64,000 bases of DNA from Candidatus Versatilivorator sp. (lineage in GTDB: Bacteria; Acidobacteriota; Terriglobia; Versatilivoradales; Versatilivoraceae): the NCBI GenBank assembly GCA_965207735.1, contig OZ242296.1:1536001-1600000 (forward strand), in the 5' to 3' direction. The translations under genes were made by a program, and so were the position numbers. The stretch's first letter is position 1. Each line of letters begins with the position of its first letter. Of this stretch, positions 8,586 to 18,443 are shown one piece after another. The notes under the pieces were generated by a model that saw only the letters and a list, made by a program, of their open reading frames with translations, was not told the DNA's origin and made no database searches.

Positions 8586-10613
8586 TCAAGGACCCGTCTG
8601 GGTCAGCCAGGCAAGGACTTGCTCCCGAGAACGCTCGTCCGACTCAATCTCCAACAGGTCGGCCTTGCCGGCCAGCTCATAGGCCTGCCGAAACCAATCG
8701 GTACTGAAGGACTCCCCTGCATTGTGGATCAGCAGCCGGGTGGCCGGCGCCAGCATGGCGGCGGTCTTGAAGTCCCCCGCCCGCCTCAGCACCGGAACGT
8801 AGAGATGCTCCAGGTAGGACTGGTCCTCCTCGCTCGAGAAACGGGACACGTCCACCAGGGTGCGGTTTAGCCGCGGAGCAAGCGCCCGGGCCAGCAGGCA
8901 CCACAGCCCTCCCTCCCCTACACCGACCAGATTCACCCGGGCCACCTCCGGCCGGCTCTCGAGGTAGGCGATGGCTGTCAGAATGTCCTGAACCCGATTG
9001 GAATCGTCCGTCCGATTGTAGGTAGTGAAGAACGGGTCGCTCATGTCCCGCTTGGCTCGAGCCGCGCCGGTGTTGAAGGCGTCAATGGACATCACCAGGT
9101 GACGCCGAGCCAGCAGCGGCCGGACCCAGGATGCGCCCGGCGCCTCAAGCGCTGCCTTGCCCTCGGGGTGAACCAGCAGCGTGGCCGTCAGATTCCTGCG
9201 CTTCCCTCTTGGAAACCACAGATCGGCCGGCACCTTGTCGCCACGGCCCCCGCGCCCGATATGAAACTCCCGGCTCGCACCCGGCTTGGGAGATGAAACG
9301 GGAACAGCCACCACTTGGCCGGGATCGGGATAGCCGACTGCCAGGGCGTGCCGCAGCGCCGGAGACATAAGCTCCCGGAACCGGGACAGGCCTTCGGAGT
9401 CCCGGGGCCGGAGCCCGTCGATCTGCCGCCGGTAGCTGTCCTTCAGAGAGGCCAGCATCTCCTCCTCGGTGACCGCGGATTCGGGAAGCTCTCGACCGAA
9501 GAAGACCAGCACTTCCGAGGGACTCCCCAGGCGAAAACGCCTCTCGGCAAATTGGCTGGCGTCGCTCTCCCCCAGCAGCCAGCGGCCGAACCAGGCATAG
9601 ACGGACTCCCGGCTCTCCCGGTTGAAGTTGTGGTCGGCCATGGCCTGCATGGTCTGCACCTTGTGGCCGGCGCCCTGCAGGCGATAGACGCTCTGGACGG
9701 CGGGAAATTCCACCCGGGGAGTCTCCCGTGTCCAATCCCCCGAGGCCGAGACCATCAACAGCGGCCGGGGAGCCATCAGGGCCGCGATCTCCATGTTGTT
9801 GGTGTCGAGCCTGAGGTTGGCCTGGTTCTCGCAGATGCAGCCGCCCTGCATGTAGTGGGAAATCATGTTGACCGGCGCCGACACCTTGACTCGATCGTCA
9901 ACCGCGGTCAGCAGGAAAGTCTGGGTCCCCCCTCCCGAGGCCCCGGTGCAGCCAATCCGGCCGGGGTCCACGTCGGGCAGCGACTGCAGGAAATCCACCG
10001 AGCGAATGCTGTTCCAGAGCTGAATCCCCAGCCAGCCGATGCCCCACAGGCTGAAGCTCCTGTCCAGAGGACGGCGATGGTCCTTGACCTGGCGGCTGTC
10101 GTTGTAGGCCAGCATGTCGTAGGCAAAGACCACGTGGCCCTGCCGGGCCAGGTTGATCGCGAGGCCCGGCATCGAAGCGAGGGACTGATTTACCAGCCGC
10201 CCGTAAGCCCAATGGCCATGGGGAGTCAGGATTCCCGGAAAGGGGCCCTTCTTCCCCAACGGACGGTAAAGATTCCCGGCGACAAAAAATCCCGGATAGC
10301 TCTCAAAGAAGACCTTCTCGATGGAATAGTCCCCCTTGGAGACCTTCCCGAAGATCCGCGCCTTGAGGGGACTCTTCTCCACCGGCGGACACAGCCCGGC
10401 GCTGACCTCTATCTGCCGCCGCAGATCCCCGGCCCGCTTCAACCAGGCCTCCTCGGTCAGAAACGGCTGGAAGGTGTAAGGCAGGTGCAGGTGGCGAATT
10501 CGCGTGACCCGCCGGTCGATCTCCGGTAGACCGGTCAGCCCCTGGCTCTCGGCAGGAGCGCTCAGCAACAGAAGGGCCAGACCCGCGAGCAGAAGATGTT
10601 TGCCAGAGATCAT
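8586..10613 (-). CDS. Secreted acetylxylan-esterase-like alpha/beta hydrolase (two hydrolase modules)
   Basis: Signal peptide; PHGHW; GCTGASGGGTQ nucleophile elbow; degenerate second module. Confidence 0.85.
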   Translation of the reverse strand: MISGKHLLLAGLALLLLSAPAESQGLTGLPEIDRRVTRIRHLHLPYTFQPFLTEEAWLKRAGDLRRQIEVSAGLCPPVEKSPLKARIFGKVSKGDYSIEKVFFESYPGFFVAGNLYRPLGKKGPFPGILTPHGHWAYGRLVNQSLASMPGLAINLARQGHVVFAYDMLAYNDSRQVKDHRRPLDRSFSLWGIGWLGIQLWNSIRSVDFLQSLPDVDPGRIGCTGASGGGTQTFLLTAVDDRVKVSAPVNMISHYMQGGCICENQANLRLDTNNMEIAALMAPRPLLMVSASGDWTRETPRVEFPAVQSVYRLQGAGHKVQTMQAMADHNFNRESRESVYAWFGRWLLGESDASQFAERRFRLGSPSEVLVFFGRELPESAVTEEEMLASLKDSYRRQIDGLRPRDSEGLSRFRELMSPALRHALAVGYPDPGQVVAVPVSSPKPGASREFHIGRGGRGDKVPADLWFPRGKRRNLTATLLVHPEGKAALEAPGASWVRPLLARRHLVMSIDAFNTGAARAKRDMSDPFFTTYNRTDDSNRVQDILTAIAYLESRPEVARVNLVGVGEGGLWCLLARALAPRLNRTLVDVSRFSSEEDQSYLEHLYVPVLRRAGDFKTAAMLAPATRLLIHNAGESFSTDWFRQAYELAGKADLLEIESDERSREQVLAWLTQTGP

Positions 10614-10723
10614 TGGTGCCTCACCCCAGTTGGACCGTCAACACAAGTCCGGAAAATTCTATCCCAGGAGAGAAACTATTGCGATGCCTGCGCCCGACTT
10701 CCCTGGTAGAGCCAGAATGCCTT

Positions 10724-13360
10724 TTATGGCCGCACCTTCAATTCGCTTGCCGAAATTCGCTTATGAATGTCAACCGCCACCTTCAGCACTTCCGCAGGGG
10801 CGCGCACTGACTCCCCAGAGCGCTGCCGGAGGGCAAGGATCAGGGGTCCCAGGGCACCGGCCTTGGTGCGATCTCCTGAAAGAATCTTGGCAACTTCGCG
10901 CTCAGAAGCGCCGACTGCGATGAAATGAATCCCGAGCCTGATCATGCAGCCAACCGGAACTTGATGGGTTGCCGGGAACAAAGCGTATGCCGAACGAAAC
11001 GCTTCCATGGCGTTCGCTGTTTCCCCACGCGCCATCATCGCGATCGCTCTCACACACCCTCTTTGTGACTCAATCCCGGCCTTCAATTGTCCCCGCAGCA
11101 AAGCGAGCTTCTCTTCAAGCTCCTCACACACCTTGTCGGCCTCTTCTATCCGGCCGGTCTCGACCAGACTCATGCTCTTGAACACCAGGGCTAGCGGCAC
11201 AACGTGCGGCTCCGTATCACTTTCTCCGGCGCCACCGACGAATCCAATCAACTCATCGTACGACTCTATTGCCCCTGCGAAATCGTCCATTGCACCTTGC
11301 ATGAACGCCCGATTCATGAATGCGCTGATTACCAAGCGTTTGATTTGAATGTCCTTAGTCGTTCGAAAACCGCCGATCACCTCATCGAGTGCTGCAAGAG
11401 CGGTCTCATCGTCGCCGAGTTGCAATCGCGCGATGAAAGCCTTTCGGGTCAACGCGATGGCGATTGTTTCCTGCAATTCGGCCGCCTCATGGCCTCGAAA
11501 ACGATCCAGAATGTTGTCGAACATTGAAACGGCAGTCTCGTAGTCACCGAGTTGCCTTTTGATTTCCGCCGTCAAAAGCAGGCCTGCTCCGACAAATTGT
11601 TGGAACTGGGGATGGTTGTATTTTCCGAACCAATCGACTAGCTCCCCTGCACTGGCGACGGCCTTGGGAAAATCGCCAAGTTCAAAATGCGAGGCCGATT
11701 TCCGATAAAGAATCAGCGCGGATCGAATAAGAATGGACGTGTCTCGGCTGCCTCGAAGCCGATCGAGAATCTCCGAGGCGACTGCAGTCACCTTCTCGAA
11801 ATCTCCCATGCCGAAATAGGCTTTAACCCTCAATTGCGCCAAAATCACCAAGTCATGCTCCTGGGAGGTCTTGGAACGATAGGTCCAACCCGCGGCAACA
11901 TACTGATCGATGCATTCGATCGCTCGCATCCATTCCCCAACCCGAAGTGCGGATTCAATCTCCTCCCGAAGACGGATTTGAGCCTCCGAACCACGATAAT
12001 CCAAGGCTGTCTCCGACACACGTTGCAGGCGATCCCAGACGATTCTTGAATCCAGGTCCGTTTCGACCGGTCGTTTGGTGAGAGCACGGTCGATTCCACT
12101 CAGCAAGGAGGGCGAGTCCTTCACATCGGACCAAAGCGTGTCAAATACCGGATTAAGGACGGAAGTGTCGTAAAACGCCACCATGAACCGGATGAGACTC
12201 TCTACCACCGCCGCTTCGTCACGCTCGCGACGAAGCTTGTAATAGATGCTGTAGAGGGGTTCTGCGGCGCAATAGAGCCGCTTCTTACTACCTGTCCAGC
12301 GGTCCGGCGCCACCACTCCGCGATCAATCAAACGCCCGAGCATGGTCGAGACCACACGAACGTCCATGCGGGCGCGCTCGGCGATCTCGCCGGTGCTTGA
12401 AGGCTGCCAGAGGTCCATGATTGCGATGTAAACCCGCCTCTCGCTCTTCGGCAAGGCTTCCAGATGGCCGCGGAAGTACTCGGTTTGTTCGTCGATCAGG
12501 CGGACGAGCTCTTCCATCAACGCACGAAGCGAGCGGTGTTTGGAGAAACCGGCCACGACCACCAGCAGCCGGGGATTTCCGCCCGTCAGGATCTCAAGCG
12601 GCCGGATTTCCCGCGCACTGACCCGATCTCGGCTGACCGCCTGCCACAAACGGTGGCATTCTTCGGTCGCCAACGGCGTAAGGTCGATGACTCGGAACAA
12701 TTCGAAAAAGGGTTCTTCCGCGTCGTCCAGTCCCTCGAACCGGCTGGTTGCCGAAGCAAGCATCATGATCTGGGACTCGGACTGGAGCGCTGCTCGAAGC
12801 TGCCAGCCGAAATCGTCGTCGACACTTCCGCAGAGCGTTTGCAGGTTCTCGACCATAAGCACGAGCTTCCGGCCGATGCGTTCCGCCGCGTTGAGAACCA
12901 CGGCGCGGGCACGGTCCCCCAGGGCTCGCTCGCGCCAGCGTCCGGATAAATCCGCATGCGTTTCTCGCAGCTCCCGGGCAAGTTCCGGATAACTTGCCGC
13001 ACTCTCTCTTGCCAGATGGAACAGCGTCTCCAACCAGAAGTCCGCCACATCGAATATTTCATGGCTCTCTTCCATGAATCGAACCGGCAACAGGAATCGG
13101 GAGAACTTGTCTTTGGTACGCAGCTCCGCCGCGGCGCGAGCCAGCAGCATCGTTTTTCCTCTGCCGCGCGGAGCAACGATCAGGACATGCTGGCAAGAAG
13201 GCGATTCGATGTTCCCCTGCAGTATTTCGAGCACGGTATCGAGCTCGCGGTTTCTGACTACGAACTGATCCACCACCTTTTGGTCGGACTGGAACATGCC
13301 CGGATTGAACTCTCGGACCAAATTCCCCGGGGGTCTCGCGCCGGGGATTTTCCTGGTCAT
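10724..13360 (-). CDS. STAND-like P-loop ATPase with HTH and C-terminal TPR repeats
   Basis: APRGRGKT Walker A, LMVENL Walker-B-like, TGGNPR GxP motif, GEIAERARM HTH, repeated TPR-like helices. Confidence 0.85.
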   Translation of the reverse strand: MTRKIPGARPPGNLVREFNPGMFQSDQKVVDQFVVRNRELDTVLEILQGNIESPSCQHVLIVAPRGRGKTMLLARAAAELRTKDKFSRFLLPVRFMEESHEIFDVADFWLETLFHLARESAASYPELARELRETHADLSGRWRERALGDRARAVVLNAAERIGRKLVLMVENLQTLCGSVDDDFGWQLRAALQSESQIMMLASATSRFEGLDDAEEPFFELFRVIDLTPLATEECHRLWQAVSRDRVSAREIRPLEILTGGNPRLLVVVAGFSKHRSLRALMEELVRLIDEQTEYFRGHLEALPKSERRVYIAIMDLWQPSSTGEIAERARMDVRVVSTMLGRLIDRGVVAPDRWTGSKKRLYCAAEPLYSIYYKLRRERDEAAVVESLIRFMVAFYDTSVLNPVFDTLWSDVKDSPSLLSGIDRALTKRPVETDLDSRIVWDRLQRVSETALDYRGSEAQIRLREEIESALRVGEWMRAIECIDQYVAAGWTYRSKTSQEHDLVILAQLRVKAYFGMGDFEKVTAVASEILDRLRGSRDTSILIRSALILYRKSASHFELGDFPKAVASAGELVDWFGKYNHPQFQQFVGAGLLLTAEIKRQLGDYETAVSMFDNILDRFRGHEAAELQETIAIALTRKAFIARLQLGDDETALAALDEVIGGFRTTKDIQIKRLVISAFMNRAFMQGAMDDFAGAIESYDELIGFVGGAGESDTEPHVVPLALVFKSMSLVETGRIEEADKVCEELEEKLALLRGQLKAGIESQRGCVRAIAMMARGETANAMEAFRSAYALFPATHQVPVGCMIRLGIHFIAVGASEREVAKILSGDRTKAGALGPLILALRQRSGESVRAPAEVLKVAVDIHKRISASELKVRP

Positions 13361-14601
13361 GGCGCTGTTTCTCCAGAGTCGTCATTGGTGCGCCGGCGTT
13401 CCAGCGGCACGTAGTGCCCACGGAAGCGAGCCGACCACCAGTCTCGAAGCAAACGCGAAGGAAAGCTGTAGCCTTCTTCGGTGCTTTCGAGATATCCGTC
13501 GTGAATCAGAACCTCGAGGGTGTCTGCAATCCGGACAGACGGATTGTCGGTGAGCCCGGAGGACAACGTCGCAAGTCGGCGCCTTGCCCCATCCGTAAAC
13601 ACTCCTTGAGTAGCAGTTTCCGCCAGGACGTGCATGGCGAGCGAATAGCTGTCGTTGTCGAGAGCTTCCTTGAGGCGCGTCTCGTAGTGGACGAGATCGG
13701 TCTGTCCCCAAGGCCCCAGGAGTGCGGTGCGATAGACCTGAGCGACATCTTTCACCGTCACATGCTTCCCCCCATGCATTGTCGAGAAATCTCTCAAGCG
13801 TGCGAAGAAGGACTGCACGTGATGGGGAATCCCGATGCCGAGTGCCTCATACACCGCCTCAGCCACCCCGCCCGCAATGTGCAATCGGTGGCTCCGCGCA
13901 AGCCGCTCGATGCACGCAACGCTCACCTCCCTGCTCCATGGCTCCAAGCGCAGGGGGAACAGATGATTGATGCGGTCAGGAATTCCGATCCTTCTCACCA
14001 AAGGGCTCAGCCCGATGCTGCCCGATACGATGAGAACGAGCGATTCCTCTTCAAGTGACTGCAGCACGCCCCGCAGCCAACTCAGAAACTCGTCGACGCG
14101 CCGCTTGTCGCCGTCGCGATTGAGCATGCGCTTGAGGAAGATGGGCAGTTCGTCAATGATCAAGAGCACCGGCTGCTCGTGGGATGCGCAGTTGAACAAC
14201 AATTGTTCTCCGTGACGTCTCCAGCTTCCGGCATCCAACCCGGCACGGATTTTCACGCTGAAGTCCAGCGCACTAATTTCTTCGACATTGCCTTTCAGCA
14301 CACGCGTCATCGTGCGTGCAAAGCGCGATGCGATGGACCCAACAGGATGCGCTGCCCTGGCGATTTCAGCAATTGCATCCTCTGCGCAAGTTGCACCCTC
14401 GACGTCCGCGAACAGAAAGATCCAACCCTCGGACTCGAGCCGGGATCCGAGCTCACGCAGGATGCTTGTTTTTCCCATGCGCCGCTGCCCGGTCAGCAAT
14501 ACATGGTTCCGCTCGCGAACCCGCGTCTCGAGCACGTCCAATTCGCGCTCCCGGTCAAAGAAATCTTTGCCGCATACCCAACGGCCGGTGGATGACCTCA
14601 T
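13357..14601 (-). CDS. AAA/STAND-like P-loop ATPase with C-terminal winged helix
   Basis: FFDRERE, GQRRMGKT, LIIDELP, GIPHHVQ; ATGA overlap with the downstream gene. Confidence 0.88.
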   Translation of the reverse strand: MRSSTGRWVCGKDFFDRERELDVLETRVRERNHVLLTGQRRMGKTSILRELGSRLESEGWIFLFADVEGATCAEDAIAEIARAAHPVGSIASRFARTMTRVLKGNVEEISALDFSVKIRAGLDAGSWRRHGEQLLFNCASHEQPVLLIIDELPIFLKRMLNRDGDKRRVDEFLSWLRGVLQSLEEESLVLIVSGSIGLSPLVRRIGIPDRINHLFPLRLEPWSREVSVACIERLARSHRLHIAGGVAEAVYEALGIGIPHHVQSFFARLRDFSTMHGGKHVTVKDVAQVYRTALLGPWGQTDLVHYETRLKEALDNDSYSLAMHVLAETATQGVFTDGARRRLATLSSGLTDNPSVRIADTLEVLIHDGYLESTEEGYSFPSRLLRDWWSARFRGHYVPLERRRTNDDSGETAP

Positions 14602-14637
14602 GATTCCGCCTTATTCATCAACCCACTGTACACGTTG

Positions 14638-14666
14638 AATGTAGATAACATCGAAAGCGTTGTCAA
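14638..14666 (-). promoter_or_regulatory. Sigma70-like promoter of the ATPase pair
   Basis: Minus strand TTGACA-N17-TACATT, 36 bp upstream of the ATG at 14601. Confidence 0.6.
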
Positions 14667-14988
14667 CAATATTGTTGTCAACAAGACCGTGTAGTTCATC
14701 CCGCTCTTGGCTGAGACCATGCTCACCGAAGAAAACGTTGAACCGGACCTGTAATTCCGCGCGATCTGCAATTCACTTCCGAAATCGGCCCGCTACTGGC
14801 CACCGGATAAGCTTGGAACCGCAAAGAAGCAGCCGAAAGAGTCCGCTCCCAACTGATCTCATGACTGACCAGTTGATCTCGGGTGGGGCGACAGCCTGGG
14901 CGGAGAAACTATTGAGATGAGGAGTTGAGTTACGGAGACATGAACGCGAAAATAGAGCCTTACTATTCGACGATCACCGGGAGTCAAA

Positions 14989-15537
14989 ATGACTGAAGAC
15001 CTTCAGAAGTTGCGTTACCCGATCGGCCAATTTGAACCTCCTTCCCGCGTAGACCAGGATCAGATCGTGAGGTGGATCAACGACATTGAAGCCCTCCCTG
15101 CCAATCTCAGGAAGGCCGTCAAGGGATTGACGGACACCCAACTGGACACGCCCTATCGTCCCGGGGGCTGGACGATCCGCCAGGTGATTCACCACTTGCC
15201 GGACAGTCATATGAACAGTTTCATGAGGTTTAAATGGGCCCTGACCGAGGACCGGCCCAGGATCAAGCCCTATTTCGAGGACCGCTGGGCGGAACTGGCG
15301 GACTACTCGGTGACTCCGGTCGCGGCATCACTGGATCTGTTGGACGGGCTCCATCGGCGCTGGGTGGCGCTCTTGCGCTCCCTGACCGGGAAGGATTTCG
15401 AAAGGACGTTCATTCACCCCGAATCCGGTCTGGTGAACCTGCCGGAAACCATTGGATCCTATGCCTGGCACGGACGGCATCACCTGGCACATATCCGGGA
15501 GGCGATCCGTCGGGAAGGGTGGAAACGTGAATGGTGA
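14989..15537 (+). CDS. yfiT: YfiT/BstA-family DinB-superfamily metal-dependent thiol transferase
   Basis: LRYPIG, TPYRPGGWTIRQVIHHLPDSH, YAWHGRHHLAHI. Confidence 0.9.
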   Translation: MTEDLQKLRYPIGQFEPPSRVDQDQIVRWINDIEALPANLRKAVKGLTDTQLDTPYRPGGWTIRQVIHHLPDSHMNSFMRFKWALTEDRPRIKPYFEDRWAELADYSVTPVAASLDLLDGLHRRWVALLRSLTGKDFERTFIHPESGLVNLPETIGSYAWHGRHHLAHIREAIRREGWKREW

Positions 15538-15661
15538 CGCAGTCGTTATAGGACAATCGGACAAAGTTGCTGCTGCATTTGTACTCAATTTCGTAAAGGA
15601 GACAACAGCCTCAATAGATATTCTTGACCGACTTGGTCAGGACTCACGTCCGATGCTCTAG

Positions 15662-17052
15662 CCCGAATTTCTCACCAAAGGCAGGAAGCATCGGTTCTCG
15701 GAATCTGGTAAAATACTCTTGTCTAAGGAGTTAACCAGATTCTTAAAGGAGAACCGATGCCGACACAGTGTACCACCAACCCCCTGGAGTATGAACCGCA
15801 CGGCCGCCGCCGTGTGGTAGCTGATTTCGACGGCGGTCCCATCACTTCCGATGCCGGCGCCCTGTTGTTGCACCGGGTGGATCGGCACCTGTCTCTCTCT
15901 GACCAGGTAGCGGCCTGCTTCACCGATCACCGCGACCCAAAGCGGATCCAATACAGCCTGCTCACCCTCATCGCCCAGCGCATCCGAGGCATCGCCCTCG
16001 GCTACTACAAGGGCTACTGCTATCTGCCCCTCTACATCTTCTCGGGCCGCCATCTGCTCTCGGCCCTGCTCAGACCCGCCAACATCGATGCCTCCGCCGG
16101 TGCTCTGCAGCAAGTCCAGCGCATCGTCTCCCGCCTACGGCGTGTCTGGCCTCAGGTCAAGATCCTGCTGCGGGCCGACTCCGGCTTTGCCCGTGAGGAA
16201 CTGATGGGGTGGTGTGAGCAGCATCAGGTCGACTATCTCTTCGGCCTGGCCCGCAACTCCCGCCTCCAAGACGCCATCGCCCCCGAGTTGGCTCAGGCCC
16301 AGGCCCTCTCAGACCAGCAACAGCAGCCCGCCCGGATCTTCACCGACCTCTCCTACCGCACTCACAAGAGCTGGTCCCGTGAGCGCCGCGTGGTCGCCAA
16401 AGCCGAGGTCCTGCCCCGTGGACCCAACCCCCGCTTCGTCGTCACCTCTCTGTCGGTCCAGGACGACCCCGCTCAGTTCCTCTACGAGAAGATCTACTGT
16501 GCCCGCGGAGAGATGGAAAACCGCATCAAGGAACAGCAACTCGACCTGTTTGCCGATCGCACCTCCACCCACTCCTTCCGAGCGAATCAGCTCCGGCTCC
16601 TGATGACCTCTTTCGCCTATGTGCTGGTGGAGGGCTTGCGCCGGCGGGCGCTGCAATCCACCTGCCTGGCCCGGGCCACCGTCGGTTCCATCCGACTCAA
16701 ACTGCTCAAGATCGGCGCTCAGGTCACCATCTCGGTCCGTCGCATCAAGGTCGCCATGGCTTCCGGCTGTCCCTACCAGAGGGAGTTCCGCATCGCCTGG
16801 GCTCGCCTTCCGCCCTGAGGTGCCCTGACTTGACCGTCACTCCTGGTCCTTGAAGACGCGGCCACCCGGCTCGGTGGCAGAGGTGTCGCTGTATTCGAGG
16901 GAAAATGCCGCCTGAGGGTCCTCGGAGAGCCTCACAAGCCTTCGCTGTTGGCCTTTGCCTGCCGATCCAGCCACCAACCTTGTTAAACTCGCCCTCAAAC
17001 GCCTCCATGGCACCTTTCACCGCTCTTTTGCGAACTCTGGTGAGAAATAGGG
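15662..17052 (+). mobile_element. IS1380-family element, internally deleted
   Basis: Imperfect TIRs CCGAATTTCTCACCA / TGGTGAGAAATAGGG; flanks CTAG / CCAG. Confidence 0.85.
15757..16818 (+). pseudogene. IS1380 transposase with in-frame internal deletion
   Basis: FDGGPITSDAG, LRADSGF, YCARGEMENRIKE present; GIALGY joins directly to YKGYCYLP. Confidence 0.8.
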
Positions 17053-17385
17053 CCAGCCATCGCCCAAAGGAGAGCAGCGACAAGTTCCCAGTTTTCTCGT
17101 TTTCTGGAAACTACGAGACTCTGGAGAGCGTCTGCAGATCCGTCGACAATGACTATGGATTCAAGCAGTAAATCCCACAGATCCAGACGTGGCTGACGGT
17201 GCAGACTGGGCTCACACCTGACAGCTATCATGACTAATGGCAATGGCCGATGCTTAGGCGATACGGGAGGGACTGCCCAACGACACCAGAAAAGATCGTC
17301 CGGCAGCTACTCAACCGAACATCCCTGGCAGGTAAAGTGTCTGGTGCTGGGCGACACCGTACACCTAGCTGCCAAAAACTGTCTA

Positions 17386-18443
17386 CTACGGCAACAATTC
17401 GAATGATTCATATGCCACTCGCTCACCACCAAGTTCCCTAACATGTTTGGTTTGGTACCGCTCAACGGTACGATGAAGTTGTTTCACCTCATCGCTACCC
17501 AAAACCGAAATTTCGGAATCCCGGTGGCCAAGTGAACCAAAGCTCGACCCTAACCGGAGACCAGCAGATTTCGATAGTAACCAGCGGTCATGAAAAGGAG
17601 CTTCCCCACTCTTTATGAAGCCCACCACTAGGACCTCAGTTTCCGGTGGAGAGTGTTCGCATAACCGTCGCCATGCAGTGGAATAGGCGTCTGACAAGCT
17701 ACTAGAACCGTTTCTCTGAGCAGCTTTCCCCGTTATCACGCGCACCTTCAAGTTCGGATCTATCTCCACTACGAGCATCACTAGTTCTAAGTCACTCGCG
17801 CGAAAGTAAGGGTCGACGATCAATACAAATTCTTCGGTGCTCGCTTTTATCCAATCCTTTAGGAATCCTATAGCCTTTTGTCGCTCCCCGCTCAGAATGA
17901 CAATTTGATTCTCATTGGTTCCAGAATCCTGCCACGTGGGGTTAAAACCCAAACGTCTACTTGACTCTGCCATCGTAAAGAAAAACTCTGCCCCCTTCAC
18001 AACGCCGTCGAACATAGATCTAAGATAGTTAACCGCCTCTGGAGTGCTCGAGTATTGCAATATTCCATTGGACAGCGCCCACGAGTACATTGGGTAGGAC
18101 GTAGACAAAGGATAGTTGCTGGCACAAGCAAGCATGTCCCGTAATCGTGGCATATACGTCGGAATCATCCTCCCTGCGTTTAGTGTTCCAAGCGCTCTCC
18201 ACGCCGCAGCTGCCAGTGTCGGATCATTCCTTAGCGAACCCAGGTCGATATTACTGCGGTGGTCTCCTATGTCCTTTCTTAGTTGGTGCGCATCTAGCTG
18301 TCTTTGTGCTCGTTTTTTGTACTCATCTCGAGCAGGATCGTCATCACACAGCACGGCCAAATTCATTGGTAAATCTGGATCAACTTTGTAAGCAAGATCA
18401 ACTATTGCGTGTTCCATAATCGCATTGCGACGATTATTGGATT
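17386..18443 (-). pseudogene. 5'-truncated large protein ending in a PLD-like nuclease-fold domain
   Basis: LIVDPYF and FHDRWLL...LGSSF motifs; lower GC; the frame is cut by the IS end at 18444. Confidence 0.6.
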
